From a virus, in the IMG/VR virus record IMGVR_UViG_3300043496_000175, positions 43,207-107,206 of that record: a stretch of DNA of 64,000 nucleotides, one strand, 5' to 3'. This document shows, piece after piece, positions 10,557 through 18,562 of this stretch. The notes beneath the pieces were generated by a model, which worked only from the letters and a program-made list of their open reading frames with translations, was not told the DNA's origin and made no database searches. The position numbers were made by a program, and so were the translations under genes. Each line of letters starts with the position of its first letter. Position 1 is the stretch's first letter.

Positions 10557-11026
10557 CCTTTGAACAGGCAATCGCGATCATCGTCGTCGCCATCATCACG
10601 GCGGCGGGGAGTATCTACGCAGCACGGAAGTCAGCGAAAAACGACCAGAACCGGATCAACCAGGCCATGGTCACGGTGCTCGGGGTGGAGCGCGAAAAGA
10701 TCGCGGCGGAACTGGATCGGGCAACCATCCGGACCAACGCTACGAATGAGCAGTTGGAAAAGGTGGGGACCGACTTGAGAGCTGCGAAAGAAGAGTTGAC
10801 CGAAGTCAGGATCACTCACAGGGAAGCCATAGCCGAGAAGGACGCCACGATCAGGGAACGTGACGCTACGATCCGGGAGGTACAGGCTCGTACCATCGAG
10901 CTGGAAGCCATGTTGAACGCCTGCCGAACCGAGCTGGGACAGGTGCGTGCAGAGCTGCAGAACGCCTTGACGTTGATCCACCAGCAGGCGCAGCAGCTTC
11001 AAACGCAAAGGAACGGCCAGTCCTAG
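10553..11026 (+). CDS. single-TM coiled-coil membrane protein, lysis module
   Basis: N-terminal TM, long heptad region, directly upstream of endolysin. Confidence 0.7.
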   Translation: MTFEQAIAIIVVAIITAAGSIYAARKSAKNDQNRINQAMVTVLGVEREKIAAELDRATIRTNATNEQLEKVGTDLRAAKEELTEVRITHREAIAEKDATIRERDATIREVQARTIELEAMLNACRTELGQVRAELQNALTLIHQQAQQLQTQRNGQS

Positions 11027-11041
11027 CCAGGAGGCTCCGTA

Positions 11042-12172
11042 GTGTCTCTCGACCAGTGGCCAGCAGCGTTCAAAGCTGCTGGCCTTTCCGTACAGCTACA
11101 CAACGGGTTCCCCAACACATCCAAACCGCAGGGCTCACTGAACAGCCCGCTGATGTCCTTGTATGTCCACCATGACGCCACCCCGGCTGGGCCGACGCCC
11201 GGCGCGTTGAACTGGATCATTGACTCCTACAATTCCGGTTCTCCCAGCGCCCAGCTTTGGCTGGACACCTCGGGTGTCTGGCACTTCTGCGGAGCTGGAG
11301 TGGCCTCCCACGCCGGGGTGGTCCGGGGTGGGCTCACCAACCGGAACTCGGTGGGTGTGGAGACGGATCACACCGTCAACGAGTTGTACCCAGCACCCAT
11401 GATGTCCAGCCTACTCAAAGGCTGTGCAGTGGCTTGCAAGGTGGAGAAGCGGCAGGCGGATTTCATCACCTTCCACAAGATCGAAGCGTCTCCGCGAGGC
11501 CGCAAGCAGGACCCATGGCTCACCCAGGCCAGCAACACCCAAGCCAACTGGGACAAGGAGCTGGCCGATTTCCGCGCCAAGGTTCAGATCCTGATCAGTA
11601 CCGGCGGCAACATAGACATTCCCACTGGCCCCAACATCCCATCTGAAGGAGATTGGTTCGACATGGCAACGGAAGCGGATCTGGAACGGGTCGTTGACAA
11701 AAAGCTCCAGCAGTATGCTGCGCACTACGGTCGTGAGTCAGTCAAGGCACTGATCAATCAGCAGACGAACGCTACTGGACAGCCGGATTACTACCCCTAC
11801 GGTGACACCGCGAAGACGCAGATCGCTGACACAGTGTGGAACAAGGGCATTAAGTCTTCCGTGGACGGACAGACCTATTCGGCGGCCGGATACCTGGCGT
11901 CGAGTGATTGGCGCATCCAGGATATTCAGTCGCGGATGAGCACATTGTCCCGGGCTGAGTTGAATGAGGTTGCTCGGTGGATCGTTGCAGAACTTGATGG
12001 CGATGCTTCCACCACTACCACTGCGACGTACACCGTCAAGTCCGGCGACACCTTCACCAGCATCGCCACAGCTCACGGCATCAGCGTGGACCAGCTCAAG
12101 GAGCTGAATCCGAAGGTCACCGACATCAACAACATCAACCCTGGGGATGTTTTGAACGTCCCAAAAGCGTAG
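11042..12172 (+). CDS. endolysin: N-acetylmuramoyl-L-alanine amidase (Amidase_2) plus C-terminal LysM
   Basis: VHHDA, SHAG, GVE and FHK...KQDP amidase motifs; YTVKSGDTF..IA..HG.S...L..LNP...INPGD.L.VP LysM; AGGAGG SD. Confidence 0.9.
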   Translation: MSLDQWPAAFKAAGLSVQLHNGFPNTSKPQGSLNSPLMSLYVHHDATPAGPTPGALNWIIDSYNSGSPSAQLWLDTSGVWHFCGAGVASHAGVVRGGLTNRNSVGVETDHTVNELYPAPMMSSLLKGCAVACKVEKRQADFITFHKIEASPRGRKQDPWLTQASNTQANWDKELADFRAKVQILISTGGNIDIPTGPNIPSEGDWFDMATEADLERVVDKKLQQYAAHYGRESVKALINQQTNATGQPDYYPYGDTAKTQIADTVWNKGIKSSVDGQTYSAAGYLASSDWRIQDIQSRMSTLSRAELNEVARWIVAELDGDASTTTTATYTVKSGDTFTSIATAHGISVDQLKELNPKVTDINNINPGDVLNVPKA

Positions 12173-12690
12173 AGCCCGCGATCGACAAGCGGGACAAGTA
12201 CCGGGCGCAAGTTGATCAAGCAGTCGAGGACTTCGGAAACCTGCGTCCCACCAAGTGGGGACCTTTGCCCAGGGCCCGCGCCAAGCGGATCTCCTACCGC
12301 ACGATCTTCGCAGAGACTGACTGGCGGAACCTGGCGAACGCATCGGTGCCGGAGAGTTTGAACTACCCCAACGATGGGCAAGGCAAGGACAAGGACTCAG
12401 TCGGGCTCTACCAGCAGCGTGCTCGCTGGTGGGGGACCACGATGGGTTCGATGGATCCGTACATCGCCACCACGCGGTTCCTGGACCGGATGCTGCAGAA
12501 CGCGCCGAGCTGGTTCACCACCGATGAAGCGGAGGTAGCTCAGATGGTGCAGGGCTCGCAGTACGACGGCGTTACGATTGATCCCGTCACCCGAAAGCCT
12601 TACCCTTTTGCTCAGAATTACCGCGATCGGGATGCTCAGACGGCGGCGATGGAGCGGGACCTGAGCTACTACGGAAACGGGGGCAAGTAG
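12166..12690 (+). CDS. lysozyme-like (transglycosylase-type) domain, probably the -1 frameshift extension of the endolysin
   Basis: AE..WRNLAN..VPESL..DSVGLYQQR..WG..MDP...AQ.VQ.S motif; frame open across the endolysin stop; CCCAAAA at 12160-12166. Confidence 0.75.
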   Translation, partial: SVEPAIDKRDKYRAQVDQAVEDFGNLRPTKWGPLPRARAKRISYRTIFAETDWRNLANASVPESLNYPNDGQGKDKDSVGLYQQRARWWGTTMGSMDPYIATTRFLDRMLQNAPSWFTTDEAEVAQMVQGSQYDGVTIDPVTRKPYPFAQNYRDRDAQTAAMERDLSYYGNGGK

Positions 12691-13131
12691 GTGCCCGAGG
12701 AAGTACACATCCACGTTCACGTCCACACCGGTGGCACGAGCGAAGAACACACCCAGATCCTGGACGCCGTCCAGGAACTAACAGAAGGAGTCGCCAGCAT
12801 GGCAGCAGATCTCTCCGGCCTCACCAATGAGGTATCGGAACAGGAAACCACCGTCGCCGGTGCGGTTGCACTGATCAACGGTTTCGGCGCTCAGCTCGAT
12901 GAGCTGCTCCAGCAGGCGGAAGAGGGCCGCGTTGACGTGGCCGCCATCTCCGCTCTCAAGGACCGGCTCGACGCCTCCACCAACTCCCTGGCCGAGGCCG
13001 TTACGGCCAACACCCCGGAGTCCCCGGAGGAGCCGCCGGTTGAGGAACCGCCGGTGGAAGAGCCGCCCGTCGAGGAGCCTCCGGTTGACGAAGAGCCCGC
13101 GCCGCCGGTGGAGGGCAACGTCAACCCGTGA
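12691..13131 (+). CDS. hypothetical coiled-coil protein with EEPPV repeats
   Basis: ORF abuts upstream stop; alternative ATG 12799 has AGAAGGAG SD; 15-bp repeats at about 13028-13110. Confidence 0.6.
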   Translation: MPEEVHIHVHVHTGGTSEEHTQILDAVQELTEGVASMAADLSGLTNEVSEQETTVAGAVALINGFGAQLDELLQQAEEGRVDVAAISALKDRLDASTNSLAEAVTANTPESPEEPPVEEPPVEEPPVEEPPVDEEPAPPVEGNVNP

Positions 13132-13368
13132 TCACAGCTTGGTGACTTCGGACGGCCGGTAGTAGTAGACCCGGCCACCAATCTCCACGCCGACTTCGCC
13201 CATATTGTGATTGTCAACAACCCCCGTGCGGCCATTGAAGTGGCCGCCGGGGGTTGTCCCTATTTTGACCCTGGCACCCACCGGCAGCCCGGTGATCCGT
13301 TCGTACGTCCGAACGTTCTCTTCCTTGGTGATCTTCGCCTTGGCGGCGGATTCCTTCGTTCCTACCAT
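13132..13368 (-). CDS. small SH3/KOW-like protein
   Basis: VG.RVKI...G.F.G.TGVV pattern; GAAGGA SD. Confidence 0.5.
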   Translation of the reverse strand: MVGTKESAAKAKITKEENVRTYERITGLPVGARVKIGTTPGGHFNGRTGVVDNHNMGEVGVEIGGRVYYYRPSEVTKL

Positions 13369-13393
13369 CGGTCGTCCACGTCCTTCTCAGTTG

Positions 13394-14383
13394 TCATGCG
13401 CGCTGGCGTGAGCGAATCGCTCGCACCGTCTGGTTGCTTTGGGATGGACGCAAGCGCGGAATGTCCTGGTCCTTGGTGTTCAAGCTGGCGATCCTGCTCC
13501 GCACCTCGTGCTGTACCGCCGTCGTCACATCCGGCGTCGTCCCCTCCGGGGATTCGTGGGCAGACTGTAGTGAATGGGCTCCCCATTGGTACGCCTCCTG
13601 CGTCTTGGTGGCGACCCACTGGTTGTGGATCTCATCCCGGAAGCTGTGAGCCATCACGGTAGGGCTGGCCGTGGCTTCCAGGTGCTGGAGACCGTACTGC
13701 GTGCGATCTACGTTTCCAAGCGGTAGAGAGGAATCCCACTCCGTTGACCTGGCAATACGGGAGATCGGTAGCTGTCCGTGGAGGATTCCGGTCCGGGACT
13801 TGACCATCCCGGGGATGTTCTGGTCTTCGCCGCGCATGTAGGTCTCCACAGCGACAGCACTCGCACGGACCCCGTAACTCTCCAGGTGACCGATCGCCTT
13901 GGCGATGTGCTGGTTCAGCGGCTGCTGGAACTCTTCGGGGTCCAGTGTCCTGAGCACCTCAGCGCCCTTCTGGCTGAACAAAGCAGTGGCGATGAGGGCT
14001 TTCTCGGCGGTGGGGTTCCCGATAGGCGTACCAGGCATTGAGGGTGCCAATGCTTGCCACTGGGCAGCACGAGCATCTTCTGCAGCACTCTGAAGTTCCT
14101 GAGCTGCAATCACCCGCTGGCGGTCTGCCACGATAGCTGCGTTACGGCGAGCCATCTCTTCCTTGCTCAGTTCCATTTCGGGTGCCTTCTCTCGGTGGAG
14201 CATCCTGTCCTTGAGCAGCGGCCCTGGGTTTTCCTTCTCCCAGTCGCGGGTCTCTTCTGCGTACCCGAGGCCGCCGTTGTCACGCTTGACTTCCCACGCA
14301 GCTCGATCAGCGCGGTGCTCCTGCACCCACAGACGGTGGGCGCAGGAGCTGGCGCAGGCTCTCATGCCTGGTGAGCAGGGCAT
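13394..14383 (-). CDS. protein with DnaB N-terminal-like domain (start uncertain)
   Basis: AEKALIA.AL...L.PEEF....Q.I..AI..L...G matches the DnaB N-domain pattern; no Walker A. Confidence 0.5.
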   Translation of the reverse strand: MPCSPGMRACASSCAHRLWVQEHRADRAAWEVKRDNGGLGYAEETRDWEKENPGPLLKDRMLHREKAPEMELSKEEMARRNAAIVADRQRVIAAQELQSAAEDARAAQWQALAPSMPGTPIGNPTAEKALIATALFSQKGAEVLRTLDPEEFQQPLNQHIAKAIGHLESYGVRASAVAVETYMRGEDQNIPGMVKSRTGILHGQLPISRIARSTEWDSSLPLGNVDRTQYGLQHLEATASPTVMAHSFRDEIHNQWVATKTQEAYQWGAHSLQSAHESPEGTTPDVTTAVQHEVRSRIASLNTKDQDIPRLRPSQSNQTVRAIRSRQRA

Positions 14384-14862
14384 CAGGCCTCCAGTAGTTC
14401 TCTCAGGTTGAACTTCTTCCCGAGACAATCCTGGATGGTGACGTGAGCCCCTGAGAACCCGCGAAAGTGGTTGTCGTACAGCAGGCAGTGACTAGGCATG
14501 GTCACCTGTTGTCGGATGAACATCTCACCCTCCTTAGTCACTCTCCACCACCCAGCGCGTCCACCGTCTTCACGCTTCTCCTCGGCTTCTTCCACCAAGC
14601 CCCAGTAGCGGAGTTTGCCCTCTTCACGGGTTCCGCCGAGACAGACCTTGGTGACATCCACGAACCATGTGGTGCCTCCCGCCTTGTACATCTGAATCAG
14701 TGAACGAGCCATCCCTGAGTTCAGTTTTCGGCGGTACTGCTTGGCGAGCTGGGTGCAGCAGGGGCATTTGGCTCCCTGTGCGTTGATGACCTGGTCACGG
14801 ATCCAGGAGCGTGCTTCTCCCAGGGTGGCGTTCATGCCTCCGGGGAAGTCTGGGAGGTCCAT
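14383..14862 (-). CDS. hypothetical protein (CPCC plus wHTH-like)
   Basis: CPCC.Q..K.Y and KLRYWGLVE...GWW.VT..G..F motifs. Confidence 0.65.
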   Translation of the reverse strand: MDLPDFPGGMNATLGEARSWIRDQVINAQGAKCPCCTQLAKQYRRKLNSGMARSLIQMYKAGGTTWFVDVTKVCLGGTREEGKLRYWGLVEEAEEKREDGGRAGWWRVTKEGEMFIRQQVTMPSHCLLYDNHFRGFSGAHVTIQDCLGKKFNLRELLEA

Positions 14863-14880
14863 TGCTCGGACGGGCCTTTC

Positions 14881-15675
14881 CTAGTTATGTGACGCGGCGG
14901 GACGCCGACGCCGGTGCGCTGCGTACAGGAGCAGTCCGCCAAGAGCGACAGTGGCGATCCCGATGTACAGCAACTGAACGGTGTTGAGCCCGGTGTAGGC
15001 CAACGACTCAACACTACCGGATGCTCCGGTATCAAGCAATACCGGGGCCGCCGCTACTGTTGAGGTGAGGTAGCTAGTGGTCGGTGCGCCGTTGACGTAG
15101 TTCACGATCGGCTGGATCACGCGCTCCTGGACCTGCAGCACGGTTTCGTTGTCACCCTGCACGGTCTCGGTGGCGATGACCGTCTTGGTGACTTCATGCG
15201 TCACGTCGTTGACCGAGATGACTGTCTTCTCCGCCGTTACCGTAGCCGTGGAAACATCGATCGCCGTGGTGATCGCGGTTTCCGTGGCCGTTTCGGTGGC
15301 GGTCGTGGTGATGGTTCCCACCGTGACGGTGCTGGTGACAGTAGCACCGGTTTCGGTCACCGTTGTGGTACCGCCCGGTGCGGTAACTGTCGCCGTCTCG
15401 GTGACCGTGTCCCCTGGAAGCTGCTCAGTGACCGTTGCCGTCTGGTGATCGGTGACCGTGGTGTAGACGTCCTCGTAGACGGTCGTCGGGACCTCTTCGT
15501 AGACGGTGGTGGGGACGTCCACGTAGCAGGTAACCGTCACGGTGACGGTTGTCGGGGGTGGTGTGCACCCGTACTGGCAGCCACCGTGGTCACCGGTAGC
15601 GAGTGCGGCGGTTGCCGATAGCAGCATCAGACCGGCGGAGAGTCCACCGACTGTGAGAACGGAACGGAGGTTCAT
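14881..15675 (-). CDS. secreted Thr/Val-rich cell-wall-anchored protein (LAXTG sortase signal)
   Basis: N-terminal signal peptide (..ATAALA); T/V-rich stalk; LAYTG, then TM, then HRRRR tail. Confidence 0.8.
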   Translation of the reverse strand: MNLRSVLTVGGLSAGLMLLSATAALATGDHGGCQYGCTPPPTTVTVTVTCYVDVPTTVYEEVPTTVYEDVYTTVTDHQTATVTEQLPGDTVTETATVTAPGGTTTVTETGATVTSTVTVGTITTTATETATETAITTAIDVSTATVTAEKTVISVNDVTHEVTKTVIATETVQGDNETVLQVQERVIQPIVNYVNGAPTTSYLTSTVAAAPVLLDTGASGSVESLAYTGLNTVQLLYIGIATVALGGLLLYAAHRRRRPAASHN

Positions 15676-15691
15676 GGGTGTCCTTTCAGGA

Positions 15692-15889
15692 CTAAGAGAG
15701 ATCTCCAGGAGCGGCCGATGCCTGCTCCTGTGCCAGCACGAAGGCCGAGAGCTGATCCGGGTCTTCTACGTGCTGGTTGAACGTGGGCTCGGGCGGCGGA
15801 TCAAGGAGATCGGCCGCCTCTCGTAGTTCGCGCGCGAGTGTTCCGCGTACATCGAACTTGAGCTTGACTTCGGCTTCGCCTAGATCCAT
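15692..15889 (-). CDS. hypothetical protein
   Basis: GAGG SD; 65 aa. Confidence 0.5.
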   Translation of the reverse strand: MDLGEAEVKLKFDVRGTLARELREAADLLDPPPEPTFNQHVEDPDQLSAFVLAQEQASAAPGDLS

Positions 15890-15989
15890 CTGGTGCCTCT
15901 CGTTCGTGAAGTTGTCGCTCCGTCATCATGAGAATAGCATGAGTATTGTCAACCTTGTCAACAAGTTATCGGCGTGCTTCACTGGTCGG

Positions 15990-16973
15990 ATGCCGCTAGA
16001 ACAGGTCTCTTACTCGTCCCTCAAACAGTGGTCAACGTGCCCCCGCCTCGGGTACTTCGGCCAATACCTCGGATTGGAGAAAAAGGAGCAGAACCGCACG
16101 GGCGCAATGCCTTTCGGGTCACGGATCCACACCGCCCTGGAACTCTGGGGGCGCAGCGGATGGACCATCCCAGCCGCCACCATCTGGCAGAAGCTGATGG
16201 ACCGGGAGTGGGAGATCGCAGAAGAGATGGCGTTCCCGCCAGAGGACCTGGACAAGGAATCCAAGATGGGCCAGATCATGCTCGAAGGCTTCGAGCAATG
16301 GCTGGAAGAGCAAGGTGTCTACGGCCACTGGAAGGTGGTGGGGATCGAAGTCAAGCTCTCCACCGTGCTGACCATCGAACTGGAGAGCGGGCAGCAGATC
16401 GACGTCTTGCTCAGAGGCAAGCTCGACGTCCTATCCCAGGACCAGCTCAGCGGTGATCTCTACGTGGAGGACTACAAGACGACGTCGTCCCTGACCGAGG
16501 AGTCCAAGCTGGCGCTGCTCAACGAGAGCCAGGGTCCGATGTACGTGATCCTGGAGCGCCGCCAGGCCGGGCAGACCCAGCGGGTCTCCGGGTTCATCCT
16601 CACAATGCTCCGCAAGGTGATGCGCGGGCCGTCCAGCAAGCCGCCCTACTACAAGCGGTTGGTGGAGCCCTACACCGAGGACCGGCTCGCCGCCGCCGAG
16701 CAGAACGTCATCGCTCAGGTGGACCGGGTAGCCTCGATCGTCGGCAAGTTGGACGCCGGGGCAGACCATCGCAAGGTCGCGCCCTTCCAGACCAGTTGGC
16801 AGTGCAAGACCTGCCCTTACAAGCTCCCCTGCTACGAGATGCAGCAAGGTAACTTCTCCGGTGGAGAGCGAATGCTGCTGGACCTGTACGTCAAGGGAAA
16901 CCCGTTGCAGCGCTACGAGGAAGACCCCGCCAACACCCTCACCGGACTTGGATTTCTTGACAAGGAGGTGTAG
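15990..16973 (+). CDS. Cas4/RecB-like PD-(D/E)xK exonuclease
   Basis: SYS.L..W..CPR, FGSRIH..LE, GKLD, DYKT and C-terminal CxxCxxxxxC; ATG 15990 preferred over 15777. Confidence 0.85.
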   Translation: MPLEQVSYSSLKQWSTCPRLGYFGQYLGLEKKEQNRTGAMPFGSRIHTALELWGRSGWTIPAATIWQKLMDREWEIAEEMAFPPEDLDKESKMGQIMLEGFEQWLEEQGVYGHWKVVGIEVKLSTVLTIELESGQQIDVLLRGKLDVLSQDQLSGDLYVEDYKTTSSLTEESKLALLNESQGPMYVILERRQAGQTQRVSGFILTMLRKVMRGPSSKPPYYKRLVEPYTEDRLAAAEQNVIAQVDRVASIVGKLDAGADHRKVAPFQTSWQCKTCPYKLPCYEMQQGNFSGGERMLLDLYVKGNPLQRYEEDPANTLTGLGFLDKEV

Positions 16974-17049
16974 TATTGCAGAGCTATCAACAAGCGGTGA
17001 GGAGGGAAGAGCAGCAGTCCGCAGTCACTGTCAGTGAAAGGATCGTCCT

Positions 17050-17910
17050 GTGGCCTCAGAGCCGCGCAAGCTCAATCACTCCCTTTCCGTACTGGTGTAC
17101 GGAGAGAGCAAGGCGGGCAAAAGTCTGCTCGCCATCAGCGGCATGGCACCGCGCCTGTTGCTGGACTGCGAATCGGCGGCGCAGTTCCTCCCGATCAACG
17201 CCATCGTCTGGGATCCCATCGGCCCGCCACCGGTGCACGATGGCACCTGGGACACCGCTGTCGTTCAGGTGACCAAGTTCGACCAGGCTGCCAAGGCCAT
17301 CGACTGGCTACACCGGCAGCCACATCCCTTCAAGTCCATCTCCGTGGATTCCATCTCCGAGCTGCAGTACAAGTTCGTGGAGGCCAAGGGCGCAAAGATG
17401 GACTGGGATGGCTGGGGAGAGATCCTCCGGCTGCTCCGCAGCTTCTGCAACCGGCTGCGGGACATGACCCAGCACCCCACGTTCCCGGTGAACTCCGTGG
17501 TCGTCACCTCCATGGCCCGCAAGGACGCCAAGGACGGTATCTGGCGGCCATGGCTGCAGGGACAGATGGGCAACGTCCTTCCCTACCTGTTCGACATCAA
17601 CGGCTTCCTGGAGAAGAAGCAGATCGTCCAGGGCAACAACGCAGTACTGGTCAGGCACCTGCACACCGAAGAGACCTATCCCAAGACCTTCGTGGCAGGC
17701 GGCCGGATCTCCGGCCGGATCGCTTCACCGTTCGAGCTGAAAGTCGTGACCGGTGAGTCCATCGCGGAGATCAGCAAGAACAACACCACCGTGCGGCAGA
17801 TGATCCACGCCGCATTCGCTATGAGGCTGGACACCATGTCCAAGCCTGTACCCGTCCCCGTCGCCGTCGGTGCGCCGGAGATTCAACCCGAGAAGGAGAG
17901 CACCAAATGA
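17050..17910 (+). CDS. AAA ATPase (Sak4/AAA_24-like recombinase)
   Basis: VYGESKAGKS Walker A, LLDCE, VDSISE; located between nuclease and SSB. Confidence 0.8.
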   Translation: MASEPRKLNHSLSVLVYGESKAGKSLLAISGMAPRLLLDCESAAQFLPINAIVWDPIGPPPVHDGTWDTAVVQVTKFDQAAKAIDWLHRQPHPFKSISVDSISELQYKFVEAKGAKMDWDGWGEILRLLRSFCNRLRDMTQHPTFPVNSVVVTSMARKDAKDGIWRPWLQGQMGNVLPYLFDINGFLEKKQIVQGNNAVLVRHLHTEETYPKTFVAGGRISGRIASPFELKVVTGESIAEISKNNTTVRQMIHAAFAMRLDTMSKPVPVPVAVGAPEIQPEKESTK

Positions 17911-18497
17911 GCTACGACGACGAAGAGGACTTCGACCTCGCTGACGAACTGGCTGGGATGGACGACATCGCCACCGGCAGCAAGCTGCTGCCTGAGGAGG
18001 AGTACGTCTGGTCCGTGGTCGATGCCAAGTACAAGAAGGCGAAGACCGGGACCCAGGGCATCAACGTCACCCTGGAGATCGCGGATGGCCCGTACCGGGG
18101 CTCGCGGGTCTTCGATGACATCTGGTACTCGGAGAAGGCCGTCACCATGTTCTGGGGCCGGATGAAGAAGTTCGGCATCACCAGCGAGTGGGCACGGGAA
18201 ACCGGCAACACCAAGCTCTCTCGCATGGCAGAGCTGATCAAGGGCACCACGATCGTGGCCTCGATCAAGCACGACGACTACAACGGCGATGAGCGGGCGA
18301 AGATCAACCGTTACATCAAGCTGATCGGTGAGAATCAGAACCTGGCCGGTGCTGCTTCCGGAGCGGTCACCGGCGTAGTCGCGCCTCCGGCCGCTGCCAC
18401 CCTCCCGGACCTCCCCGAGGAACCGGCTGAGCAGATTCCGGTCGCGGCCGGTGCGATCTCCACGGACGATCCGTGGGGCGCAGCGGACGATTCCTGA
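17907..18497 (+). CDS. ssDNA-binding protein (DUF669-like)
   Basis: LLPE..Y...V, EIADGPY.G..VFD motifs; acidic DDPW tail. Confidence 0.7.
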   Translation: MSYDDEEDFDLADELAGMDDIATGSKLLPEEEYVWSVVDAKYKKAKTGTQGINVTLEIADGPYRGSRVFDDIWYSEKAVTMFWGRMKKFGITSEWARETGNTKLSRMAELIKGTTIVASIKHDDYNGDERAKINRYIKLIGENQNLAGAASGAVTGVVAPPAAATLPDLPEEPAEQIPVAAGAISTDDPWGAADDS

Positions 18498-18506
18498 TCC
18501 ACCTCT

Positions 18507-18540
18507 GATGCCGGGTTCGGGTCTTCCCGGGCCCGGCATC
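18507..18540 (+). terminator. GC-rich hairpin between SSB and polymerase genes
   Basis: GATGCCGGGTTCGGG-TCTT-CCCGGGCCCGGCATC; no U-tract. Confidence 0.45.
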
Positions 18541-18562
18541 GCTGTACCTACCAAAGGACACC

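Noticed and set aside
15990-16973. Cas4 as evidence of a CRISPR-Cas system
   Set aside because: It is a solo nuclease in the common nuclease-ATPase-SSB recombination cluster of phages.
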